The notes beneath the pieces were generated by a model. It ran no database searches. It saw only the letters and a program-made list of their open reading frames with translations, and was not told the DNA's origin. Source: Vicinamibacteria bacterium (GTDB lineage Bacteria; Acidobacteriota; Vicinamibacteria; Marinacidobacterales; Marinacidobacteraceae). From it: a stretch of 64,000 nt of DNA. The translations under genes and the position numbers were made by a program. The stretch covers positions 3,040,001 to 3,104,000 of the forward strand of contig CAXXLQ010000004.1 in assembly GCA_963668695.2 (NCBI GenBank), in the 5' to 3' direction. Shown here in pieces: positions 41,765-50,727 of the stretch (position 1 is the first letter of the stretch; every line of letters starts with the position of its first letter).

Positions 41765-42244
41765 CTACGACCGCGTCTCGTCCAGTTCCTCGAAATCGGC
41801 TGTATAGCTGATGTCCACGGCGCCCTTCAGGGTGTTTGCGAGAGGGCAGCCGCGCTCATGGAAACGGAGGGCCCGTTCCGCTTCTTCGCGTTTACCGGCC
41901 GGCAACGCCACTTGGTACCGGATCCGGATGGCGCGCAACGCCATGACGCCGCCCTCGTCCACGATGTCGCCTTCGATTTCTGCCGAGAGCCGATCCGGCT
42001 GGCTCGGGATGCCGCGTACTTCGAGCGCCCGCCCGAACGTCCCCACCATTCAACCACCGGTGGCGGCCACCACGTAGTCAAGGGTCGCCGGCAACTCTTC
42101 CGCTGGCGTTACCCCATAGAAGGCAGCGATTCCGCTGTGGACGCCGAAACGGACCGGCTGCTCGAAGTCCTCAAGGAATGCCTGCCGGACCGGACCAGCC
42201 TGCTTGATGACCCGGGCGTGGCAGGTATGGACAACTTTGCTCAT
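41765..42244 (-). CDS. OsmC-like selenoprotein
   Basis: TLDYVVAATGG-TGA(42050-42052)-MVGTF in frame; second Cys in ERGCPLANTL; hairpin 42020-42037. Confidence 0.87.
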
Positions 42245-42786
42245 CGCGACTCTACGAAGATCTCGGAATGGAGCATCTTCACCGGGGCTCCGGCCTTCGC
42301 CGTCGGCAGGGACAGTTCCAGGGTGGTGCTGGTAGGAGCACTGCACGCGTTGTCCGTACAGAGCTGGTAGCGAACCAGCACTTCCGCATCCGCCGAACGT
42401 CCGCTCTTGAGGACAGAAGTAACGGGAATGCGGATCGCCACCGTCCCTTCGTAGAGATCGTATTCACCAAGACCGGAAAGATCCCGCCGGATCGGCTCCG
42501 GATAGAACGGCTGTCCGCTTTCGAAAGCCCCACCCTGGGCCAGTTCCACGACCGTGGCGGTGGGGAATGCCTCTTCGGGTCCGTAGAGGTGGTATCCCTC
42601 TTCGAGTTCTGCGACTACCGCGACTTCGAAGCTGTCGCCGGGACGCACCGGGGACTGGGAGGCCACCAACTCGAAGCGCGCCGCGTTCTCCCAATCGGGA
42701 ATCATCGGCGCCTGGGCGGCAAGGGCGGCAGCAAGGCCGCCGGACACGGTCAGGGCGAGGCCGGACAGCAGGAGAGAGTGTTTCAT
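42241..42786 (-). CDS. Secreted DsbD N-terminal-like domain protein
   Basis: Signal peptide; GYHLYG; YQLCTDNACSAP. Confidence 0.8.
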   Translation of the reverse strand: MKHSLLLSGLALTVSGGLAAALAAQAPMIPDWENAARFELVASQSPVRPGDSFEVAVVAELEEGYHLYGPEEAFPTATVVELAQGGAFESGQPFYPEPIRRDLSGLGEYDLYEGTVAIRIPVTSVLKSGRSADAEVLVRYQLCTDNACSAPTSTTLELSLPTAKAGAPVKMLHSEIFVESR

Positions 42787-42817
42787 GGGACGAAACTCCT
42801 TGGGATTGGGCTCGCGA

Positions 42818-43399
42818 TCAGGATCCGGCGAGACGGGAGAGCTCGGAAAGGATCTCCTTGGGGGAGGTCCGGTCGCGGTAGTTCACCCACACGTTGACGA
42901 ACCGAACTACGCCGTCACCATCCACGATGATGGTTGCCGGATGGGGAATGCCTTCCCGCTCCGTGCCATTGTGCTCCGGATTGGGGATGCCGTATTCGCT
43001 GATGACCTGACCTCCGTCCACCATGATCGGGAACGTCCAGTCATTCTTCGAGAGCCACATCAGGGTGTCCCCCACCCCGTATTTGGAAACGCCGAGTACC
43101 GTGACGCCGCGCGCCTCGAACTGATCCAGGGACTCTTGCAACTCGCCGAGTTGCGCAATGCAGAATGGTCACCAACCGCCACTGCGGAAGAACTCAAGAA
43201 CGACCGGCCCTCGCTTCACGAGTTCGGAGAGTCGGTAGGAGGCGCCGTGGGCGTCCTTCAGTTCGAAATCGGGCGCGCGGGCACCAACCTTCACCGTCGG
43301 GGTGTCGGTGCCCTGCGCGGATCCGCTGGAAGGGGCGAGGCCCGTGGCCAAGCCGACGGCCAGCAATGCAGAGACAGGAAGTCGAGACATGCGGGCCAT
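42818..43399 (-). CDS. Secreted AhpC/TSA peroxiredoxin-like selenoprotein (UPFC)
   Basis: APDFELKD..VVLEFFRSGGW-TGA(43169-43171)-PFCIAQLGEL in frame with the downstream ORF; hairpin 43138-43154. Confidence 0.9.
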
Positions 43400-43568
43400 T
43401 TTAGCCCGGCTGTTTCGATGCCAAGAAGACGGCCAAGGCCGAAAGGAACGATTCGTCTCCTACGGGTTTCCTGGTCGATCAGCGGCTAACCACGAATTGC
43501 GGCGCATAACGGGCCGCCCCACCAGCATTGGCCGCCGGCGTTCACCTTCGGGGACCCTGTCGATCTGT

Positions 43569-44444
43569 CTATCCTGTTGATTCACCTTCGCTTGTGTCCG
43601 ATGTCGGCGCGCCGACATCCTCACGTTGTTCTTCAAGCTGCCGTAACAACGTGCGGAGTGCCTCCACCACTTCCGCCTCCTCGACCTCACTGCGCCGGAA
43701 GGTCAACTGGAGGCGAAAGGGGCCGCCCTTGGGGGCGAACCGGAAGACAAACGGTCGCGCTCGTTCTCCCTTGGACTTTCTGCGCTTCGGGATCGGTTCA
43801 TTCAGTCCCTGGGCGAGGCGTTGGACGCACGCCAGCATGGCCTCGACATTCGGCTCGCGGGCCACTCGCAGCAACTGTCGACGAGACACGATCCCCGACG
43901 CCCAGGAGACCTCGCGGATCTCTTCCGGAATGTTGAGCAGGGCAAGCGTCTCCGTGATCGAGGTGCGTCCTTTGCCCACCCGGCGGGCGAGAGAGTCGTG
44001 AGTGTGTCCATGCTCCCTGATGAGCCCCTCGTACGCGGTGGCCTCCTCAAAGGGAGACAGGTCGTCCCGGAGCAAGTTCTCCACCAGAGCCAGCTCGAGG
44101 GCGTCCCCTGCCCCCGCCTCCCTCTCGATGCAGGGCACTTCGCGCAATCCGGCCAGCACCGCCGCCCGGTAGCGGCGTTCGCCAGCGATGATCTGAAAGT
44201 CCTTCGAGCCCAGTCGGCGCACCAGGATCGGCTGCAGGATTCCCTGGTCCCGGATCGAGGTGGCGAGCGGTTCCAGCGCTCCGATGCGTTGGCGCGGCTG
44301 ATCGGGATTGGGGTGGATCTGAGCGGTTGGGATCATCCGTTGACGGGCGCCCGGCTCATCGGGGGTCAGCCCCGCCACGTAGTGGCTGTCACGCGGTTTC
44401 AAGCTGACTTTTTCAGGAAGACCGGTTCGTTTGGACACGGGCAA
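43569..44444 (-). CDS. parB: ParB/Spo0J family protein
   Basis: NPDQPR, LQPILVR, IAGERRYRA, ENLLRDDL, HTH. Confidence 0.9.
   Translation of the reverse strand: MPVSKRTGLPEKVSLKPRDSHYVAGLTPDEPGARQRMIPTAQIHPNPDQPRQRIGALEPLATSIRDQGILQPILVRRLGSKDFQIIAGERRYRAAVLAGLREVPCIEREAGAGDALELALVENLLRDDLSPFEEATAYEGLIREHGHTHDSLARRVGKGRTSITETLALLNIPEEIREVSWASGIVSRRQLLRVAREPNVEAMLACVQRLAQGLNEPIPKRRKSKGERARPFVFRFAPKGGPFRLQLTFRRSEVEEAEVVEALRTLLRQLEEQREDVGAPTSDTSEGESTG
43600..43619. promoter_or_regulatory. Perfect palindrome, candidate non-canonical parS
   Basis: GATGTCGGCGCGCCGACATC in the 3' end of parB; function inferred only. Confidence 0.4.
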
Positions 44445-45189
44445 GCACCTCCCGAGACAGATGTCGGTAATCCTCAGCTCCTCGAGAGTTGGGGGCGAAC
44501 GTGAAGATGGACTCCTTGTACGCAGGACTCTCCTCGAGTCGGACGTTGCGGCTGATCAGCGTTCGGAATACCGCTTTCCCGAAATGCCCGCGGATCTTGC
44601 GGATCGCGTCCCGGGCAATCCGCGTCCGCTGATCGGCCATGGTGATCACCACCCCGAGGATGGACAGATCCGGATTGGGGCGCCGGCGGACCTGCTCGAG
44701 CGTGTCGAGGAGATCGTCGGCCCCTTCGAGGGCGTAGTACGTCGGCGGCAGCGGCAACAACAGATAGTCACTGGCAACCAGCGCATTCACCGTGATGAGC
44801 CCCAGGGTGGGAGGGGTGTCGATCACCACGAAATCGAACTGCTCCCGGACATACTGGATCCGATCCCGGAGCCGGTAATGGGCGTCGATGTCGCCAAGAA
44901 GTTGGCGCTCCAATTTGGCCAGCGAGATGCGCGCCTCGGCCACCGACAGGCGTTCCACCGATGTGGGCCTGATGATGTCCGCGAACCGCACCTCACCCGT
45001 CAGAGCCTCGAGCATTGAGGCTCTGGATGGGTCCGGGCCGATGACACTTACCGAGGCGTTTGCCTGTGGGTCCACATCAACGAGCAGCGTGCGGTGTCCG
45101 GCGTCCGCGAACGCCGCCGCCAGGTTGACCGCGGTCGTGGTCTTGGCCACCCCGCCCTTCTGATTGGCGACGGTGATGGTGGCGCGCAT
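44413..45189 (-). CDS. parA: ParA/Soj family ATPase
   Basis: NQKGGVAKTTT, DVDPQAN, IDTPP. Confidence 0.92.
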   Translation of the reverse strand: MRATITVANQKGGVAKTTTAVNLAAAFADAGHRTLLVDVDPQANASVSVIGPDPSRASMLEALTGEVRFADIIRPTSVERLSVAEARISLAKLERQLLGDIDAHYRLRDRIQYVREQFDFVVIDTPPTLGLITVNALVASDYLLLPLPPTYYALEGADDLLDTLEQVRRRPNPDLSILGVVITMADQRTRIARDAIRKIRGHFGKAVFRTLISRNVRLEESPAYKESIFTFAPNSRGAEDYRHLSREVLARVQTNRSS

Positions 45190-45367
45190 TTAGCAGCCTG
45201 TAGACAAAGTGACGTGAGCGTCGAGGCTGGGGAGGCGCCCGGCTGACAAGGCGCGATTTGGGAGGAATACCGGATGTATTCCGACCGAATCGGAACACAG
45301 AGCGTAGCGGTTCAGCCGGGATGCATCGCCCGCCGAACGCCGCGTGACTTTGTCCACAGGCTGCTTG
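45190..45367. mobile_element. MITE-like element, copy 6, abutting the parA ATG
   Basis: TTAGCAGCCTGTAGACAAAG...CTTTGTCCACAGGCTGCTTG; same core. Confidence 0.8.
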
Positions 45368-45371
45368 GTGC

Positions 45372-45872
45372 TCAGTGCGCGTCGCCGAGATCGTCCTCGT
45401 CGAGGGCTTCGAGCCAGTCGCCGAGCGCCTCGCTGTCCTCTGGCGGTTCCACGTCCTCTGCCATGAGCTCTTCGGCCCGCCGCGCCCCGCGCTCGATGAC
45501 ACGCGAATGGACGAAGATGGGCGCCCGGGTCCTTAGCGCCAGCGCTATCGCGTCGCTCGGGCGGGCGTCCACCGCGAGCCGCTGCCGTTTCCGCTCCAGA
45601 TGAACATGCGCATAGAAAGTGTTGTCCTGAACATCATGGATCACCACCTTGATCACCCGCGCGTCCAGCTCCCTGAGGAGTTCCCGGATCAGGTCGTGGG
45701 TGAACGGGCGCGGGGGTTCGTAGTTCTCGATCTGAAGGCCGATCGCGCGCACCTCCATGGGTCCCACCCAGATGGGAATTTCCCGATCGCCGGATTCCTC
45801 CTTGAGCATGACCACTGCGGCGCTGGTCCGCGGCACCATCAGGATCGCCTTGATGCTTACCTCAATCTCCAC
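45372..45872 (-). CDS. Bifunctional nuclease (DUF151) family protein
   Basis: IPIWVG..E, RPFTHDL, DARPSDAIALA. Confidence 0.92.
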   Translation of the reverse strand: MEIEVSIKAILMVPRTSAAVVMLKEESGDREIPIWVGPMEVRAIGLQIENYEPPRPFTHDLIRELLRELDARVIKVVIHDVQDNTFYAHVHLERKRQRLAVDARPSDAIALALRTRAPIFVHSRVIERGARRAEELMAEDVEPPEDSEALGDWLEALDEDDLGDAH

Positions 45873-45893
45873 GGTCAGCTCCTCGTTGGTTCT

Positions 45894-47423
45894 TCATCTG
45901 GGCAGTAGCTGCTCGCGGACATTGCTGCCGGGAACCGCCTGTACTACCGGAAGAGGGATTTCGGATGTCCACGCGTCGGGATCCGCCGCGGGAGCCGGGG
46001 ATTCAAGGGCGGTCCGTCGTGGCTCCCCTGAACTCACGAGCTTTCCTATCAGGCTGTTCGGACTGAACCCGGTAATCATGACCTCGCCGAAGCCTCCGGT
46101 AGCCTCCACGGGACCGTCGAAATTGACGATCCGGTTGTCGGGGCCTCGTCCCGCAAGTTGATTGCCCTTTCGGCTGGGCCCTTCGATCAGAACTTCGACC
46201 TTGCGGCCCACGAGATCGCGGTGGAGAGACAACTGGATCTCTCGCTGTCTCGTCTGCAATTCAATTAGCCGTTCGGTTTTTTCGGTATCCGGGACATCGT
46301 CCGGCAGACGTTTCGACGCGAGTGTATGGGGACGCTCGGAGTACTTGAAGGAATACACCGATGAAAAGCGCACCTCATCGAGGAGGGTCAACGTGTCTTC
46401 GAACTCGTTCGCGGTTTCACCGCAGAACCCGACGATGAGGTCCGTGGAGAGCGCAAGGTCGGGAGCCCGCTCGCGCGCCCGGAGGACGAGTTCCAGAAAT
46501 CCCTCGCGGCTGTAACCACGACGCATGCGCTCCAGCACACTCGTCGAGCCGGATTGCGCGGGCAGATGCATGTGTGGCATCAACGGTCCCCCGGCCGCAA
46601 AACGGTCCATGAGTTCCTCGCTGAAATCCTTGGGATGAGGACTCGTAAAGCGGATCCGGCGGATTCCCGGTACTGCCCCCACCGCATCGGTCAACTCGGC
46701 AAAGCCAAGTCCATCCTCCGGATCCCGATAGGAATTCACGTTCTGGCCGAGTAGCTGGATCTCCGCGAACCCCGACGCTGTGAGGGATTCGGCTTCCCGC
46801 ACGATCGACGCTACGGTCCGGCATCGCTCACGTCCCCTGGTGAAGGGCACGACACAGAAAGAGCAGAAGTTGTCGCAGCCCTCCATGATGGTGATGTACG
46901 CCTTTACCCCGGGAATCCGATCGATCTGCTCCGGCGGGATGTCGAGGTTGTCCGGGTGCCGCCCGATTTCGACAATCCGGGACTCGCCATCGAGTAGCCG
47001 GCGCACGACATCCGGAAGACACACGAGGCTCTGGGTGCCGAGGACGAAGTCGACCGCGGGCGCCCGGCCGAAGATGGCTGCCCCTTCCTGCTGGGCCACG
47101 CATCCTGCCACGCCGATCAGTTGGGGGCGCTTCCGGCCCCGACCGACGAGCTGCTCCACGCGGGCAAAGACCTTTTCCTGCGCCTTTTCGCGAACCGAAC
47201 AGGTGTTCAGGACGACGACCTCCGCGGGTTCGGCTCCCGCCGGACGGCAGCCCAGCGTTCCGAGCGCGGCCGCCATCTTCTCCGAGTCGTGGACGTTCAT
47301 CTGGCAACCCCAGGTTTCGATCCGGAATCGGAAAGGAGCGCGCGATCCCCGGCCGGACAGGTCGCTGACTGAACCGGGAAGGGCGGCTGGACCGGCCAGG
47401 GGGTCGCTTGTCCAGACGGTCAT
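45894..47423 (-). CDS. miaB: tRNA methylthiotransferase MiaB
   Basis: GCQMNVHDSE, NTCSVRE, CDNFCSFC radical SAM motif, TRAM domain. Confidence 0.95.
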   Translation of the reverse strand: MTVWTSDPLAGPAALPGSVSDLSGRGSRAPFRFRIETWGCQMNVHDSEKMAAALGTLGCRPAGAEPAEVVVLNTCSVREKAQEKVFARVEQLVGRGRKRPQLIGVAGCVAQQEGAAIFGRAPAVDFVLGTQSLVCLPDVVRRLLDGESRIVEIGRHPDNLDIPPEQIDRIPGVKAYITIMEGCDNFCSFCVVPFTRGRERCRTVASIVREAESLTASGFAEIQLLGQNVNSYRDPEDGLGFAELTDAVGAVPGIRRIRFTSPHPKDFSEELMDRFAAGGPLMPHMHLPAQSGSTSVLERMRRGYSREGFLELVLRARERAPDLALSTDLIVGFCGETANEFEDTLTLLDEVRFSSVYSFKYSERPHTLASKRLPDDVPDTEKTERLIELQTRQREIQLSLHRDLVGRKVEVLIEGPSRKGNQLAGRGPDNRIVNFDGPVEATGGFGEVMITGFSPNSLIGKLVSSGEPRRTALESPAPAADPDAWTSEIPLPVVQAVPGSNVREQLLPR

Positions 47424-49211
47424 TCAGGAACCCGCAAACGCCCCCGGAAACCCGGCGCTGTCGCCGCCGGAAGACTCGGTGTTCGCGCCGGCGAGCAATT
47501 GCGACGCGTGCTCCCGGGCACTGTCGGTAATCTGGGGACCAGCGAGCATACGGGCGATTTCTTCGATCCGGGCGCTGTCGTCGAGGCAGCGAACGCGAAC
47601 CGCATCGCCGGATTCTAGTTTCTCGACGACCAGATGGGCTCGGCCGAGGGCCGCCACCTGAGGAAGATGCGTAACCGAGACGACCTGGCGCGACACGGCA
47701 AGACGACGAAGGCGCCGCCCGACCGCATCCGCAATGCGCCCGGACGTGCCGGTGTCCGCTTCGTCGAAGATCAGGGTATCCGCGCCTCCCTCCCCCGCCC
47801 CGGCCGCTTTGAGCGCCAGGAAAAAACGCGAGGACTCGCCACCCGATGCAACTTCGCCGATGGGAGCGGGCACCATCTCGGGACTGGCGCTGAAGAGAAA
47901 ATGGACGCGGTCCAACCCGTGCTCCGTGAAGTGCTCCGTGCCCGCGTCCACTTCCCGTTCCGATCGTCCCCGTAGAGCCTTGATCCCGATCAAGAAGCGC
48001 GCGCGCGGAATACCGAGCCCAACGAGTTCGTGCTGTACCTTGCGCGCGAGTGCCTCCCCGGCGGTCTCGCGGGCAGCGTGGAGCGATGCGGCCAGGTTCC
48101 GGTAGCGGATAGCCCCAGCCTCTGCGGCCGTCACCGCCCTTCGGCGCTCCTGGGCCTGATCGGTGAGCTCGGAGAGTGCGACCCGGATCTCTTTCGCGCG
48201 CTCGAGCAGGGCGTCGGCTCCACCCGTTCCCCCCGCATGGCGGCGCTCGAGACCGCGCAGTACGACGAGGCGGTCTTCGATCTCCGCGAGCCGCTCGGGC
48301 GCCGCCCGGACGCGGTCCCGCCGATCCCGCACGCCAGCAGCCAGATCCTCCACTTCGACGAGCAGATCCGGACGTCCGTCGAGCAGTCGGGCGGTCTCCG
48401 GGTCCAAGGCAGCCGCGCCGTCAAGCGCACGAAGCGCGATCGCCAATTGCGCACCCGCTGCCGTTTCTGACCCGTAGAGCGCCTGATATGCACTCTCGAG
48501 ACGTCCGGCGAGCTGGTCCGCATGCCCGAGTGCACGCCGCTCGACCAGCAGGGATTCCGTCTCGCCCGGTTCCGGCGCAGCGCGCTTGATCTCCTCAAGA
48601 GCGCGTTCCATCGCGGCACGCTGAAGCTCCGCCTGGCAGAGCCGGTTTTCCAGAGCGTCACGCTCGTCCTCGGCAGCGCGAAGCACCCGGAGGGCCGCCG
48701 CCACCTGCCGCCGCAAGGCGGCATGTCCGCCCACCGCATCCACGCTTTCCCGGGCAGCCCCGGGTTGGAGCAGGGCCAGATACTCTCCCTGGCTGTACAC
48801 CTCGGCAAGCAGCATTCCCACCGCCCGGAGCCCGGCCACCGGGATCGCTGCGCCGTTCAGGGAAATCCGATTGGCAGCCGAGCGCCGCCCCGGTGCGAAA
48901 CGCAGTTCCCGCCGTACCACGAGTTCGCCGTCCTCGGTCGAAACGCCAGCCTCTTCACATAGCGCCAGCAGCCGCTCGCTGGCTGCTGACGCCTCGTCCG
49001 ACAGGGTGAATCCCGCCTCGACAACAGCGCGATCTCCAGCAGGTCCTATGAGCTGGGAACGGCCGCGGCCGCCCAGGATGAGGCCCAACGCCTCCAGGAG
49101 AATGCTCTTCCCGACGCCGGTCTCGCCGGTAACGACGTTCAGGCCTTCCCCGAATTCGAGAGAGACATCCTTGAGGAGGGCGACGTTTCGCGCCCGCAGC
49201 CAGTGAAGCAT
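47424..49211 (-). CDS. recN: DNA repair protein RecN
   Basis: TGETGVGKS, coiled coil, ASGGE, IFDEAD, THLPQVA, EIARML. Confidence 0.93.
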   Translation of the reverse strand: MLHWLRARNVALLKDVSLEFGEGLNVVTGETGVGKSILLEALGLILGGRGRSQLIGPAGDRAVVEAGFTLSDEASAASERLLALCEEAGVSTEDGELVVRRELRFAPGRRSAANRISLNGAAIPVAGLRAVGMLLAEVYSQGEYLALLQPGAARESVDAVGGHAALRRQVAAALRVLRAAEDERDALENRLCQAELQRAAMERALEEIKRAAPEPGETESLLVERRALGHADQLAGRLESAYQALYGSETAAGAQLAIALRALDGAAALDPETARLLDGRPDLLVEVEDLAAGVRDRRDRVRAAPERLAEIEDRLVVLRGLERRHAGGTGGADALLERAKEIRVALSELTDQAQERRRAVTAAEAGAIRYRNLAASLHAARETAGEALARKVQHELVGLGIPRARFLIGIKALRGRSEREVDAGTEHFTEHGLDRVHFLFSASPEMVPAPIGEVASGGESSRFFLALKAAGAGEGGADTLIFDEADTGTSGRIADAVGRRLRRLAVSRQVVSVTHLPQVAALGRAHLVVEKLESGDAVRVRCLDDSARIEEIARMLAGPQITDSAREHASQLLAGANTESSGGDSAGFPGAFAGS

Positions 49212-49333
49212 GGTGGCCAGTACGACGTTCGAGTGCGCTACAACGATGTACAGGCGGCTTCGGCCCTGCCGCCACCTGGGAAGCGCACCCCGAGGGGTGC
49301 ACACCCCGAAATGGACGAGAACCCCAACGGGTA

Positions 49334-50227
49334 GTGGTTGAGCATGGGTTAGGCTACTATATGTTGGGTATCCTGGTTCCTCGCCGCTTCTACGTGTTCG
49401 CCCGGTTCACGGCTTCGTGCAACGCTGTTCTCCGGGCCGGAGTCTCGCTGCTGGTGGCCCAGGCTGCATGGGCGGGACAGGAGCCACCCGAGCCTCAGGC
49501 CGCCCGTGAGACGGTAACCGCGGTTGACATCGCTTCCTCCGGAGGACTCTTCGAAGAGGGCGGTTTGCTGGCGCTGGTGGTGGAGGCGGGGCCGGTCTCC
49601 TGGTTCGTGCTGGCGACGTTGCTCTTCTTCAGCCTCGTTTCCTGGGCCATCATCCTGAACAAATCACGACGGCTCCGACAGGCAGAGCGGGACTCGGCCG
49701 CCTTCCTGAATCACTTCCGGTCCACCAAGCGGTTCGCCGACGTCGTGACCTGGGCCCGGAAAAACCCGGACAGCCCGTTGGCCCGGTTGTTCAACGCCGG
49801 CTATCAGGAGGTCCGCTATCAATCCCGGCAGGAGGACGAGGAATCCATGCGGCTTCAGGTATCCAACATGGAAGCCGTGGCGCGATCCTTGCTCCGTGCA
49901 TCCTCGGCCGAAATGGCCGCACTCGAGCACCGGATGATCTTTCTCGCCACGACCGGCGGCGCCGCTCCGTTCATCGGTCTCTTCGGGACCGTCTGGGGCA
50001 TCATGAGCGCGTTTCAGGACATAGCCCTCACTCAGGCCGCGAACATCAGCGTCGTCGCCCCGGGCGTATCGGAAGCGCTCATCGCGACCGCCGCCGGTCT
50101 GGGAGCGGCGATTCCGGCCGTCATCGCCTACAACGCTTTCCTCGCCCAGATCCGCCGCATCACAAACACCATGGACGATTTCTCGATGGAGTACGTGGCC
50201 ATGCTGGAACGGCACCTGGCCCGCTGA
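49334..50227 (+). CDS. tolQ: TolQ/ExbB proton channel
   Basis: APFIGLFGTVWGIM, EALIATAAGL; start uncertain. Confidence 0.9.
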   Translation: MVEHGLGYYMLGILVPRRFYVFARFTASCNAVLRAGVSLLVAQAAWAGQEPPEPQAARETVTAVDIASSGGLFEEGGLLALVVEAGPVSWFVLATLLFFSLVSWAIILNKSRRLRQAERDSAAFLNHFRSTKRFADVVTWARKNPDSPLARLFNAGYQEVRYQSRQEDEESMRLQVSNMEAVARSLLRASSAEMAALEHRMIFLATTGGAAPFIGLFGTVWGIMSAFQDIALTQAANISVVAPGVSEALIATAAGLGAAIPAVIAYNAFLAQIRRITNTMDDFSMEYVAMLERHLAR

Positions 50228-50231
50228 CGAC

Positions 50232-50723
50232 ATGGCGATGGGGACCGCCGGCGGATCGGCCGGGGGTGCAGGTTCGGGTTCCGGTTCTGCGCTAGCCCAG
50301 CTCGGCGCCCGCCGGAGAGCCCCCGCGGGGAGCGCCCTCTCCGAAATCAACGTCACCCCCTTTGTGGACGTCGTGCTCGTGCTGCTGATCATCTTCATGG
50401 TGACCGCTCCGCTCCTCGTGCGATCGCTGGAGGTGAGCCTGCCCACCGCCCGGATGCGTTCCGCCGAGGCAACCGAACGCGTCATCATTACCGTCGACGC
50501 CGAGGGCCGGACATTCGTTGGCGAACGGGCCGTGAATCCGTTGCTGTTGGAGGAGCGGCTGCGTGAAATCGTCGATCTCGAGGGAGCTCGCGAAGGCTAT
50601 TTGCAAGGGGATGTCTCGCTAGAATACGGACAGGTCATCGAAGTGATCGACACGATGAAACGAGCGGGTTTTGACCGTGTCGGTCTCGTGTATGCCTACC
50701 CGGGCGAACAACGGCGGAGGTAA
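50232..50723 (+). CDS. tolR: TolR/ExbD
   Basis: EINVTPFVDVVLVLLIIFMVTAP. Confidence 0.92.
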   Translation: MAMGTAGGSAGGAGSGSGSALAQLGARRRAPAGSALSEINVTPFVDVVLVLLIIFMVTAPLLVRSLEVSLPTARMRSAEATERVIITVDAEGRTFVGERAVNPLLLEERLREIVDLEGAREGYLQGDVSLEYGQVIEVIDTMKRAGFDRVGLVYAYPGEQRRR

Positions 50724-50727
50724 GCCG

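Noticed and set aside
43400-45400. Canonical parS or oriC near parAB; plasmid origin
   Set aside because: No TGTTTCACGTGAAACA, DnaA-box cluster or rep gene noticed; neighbours are chromosomal core genes.
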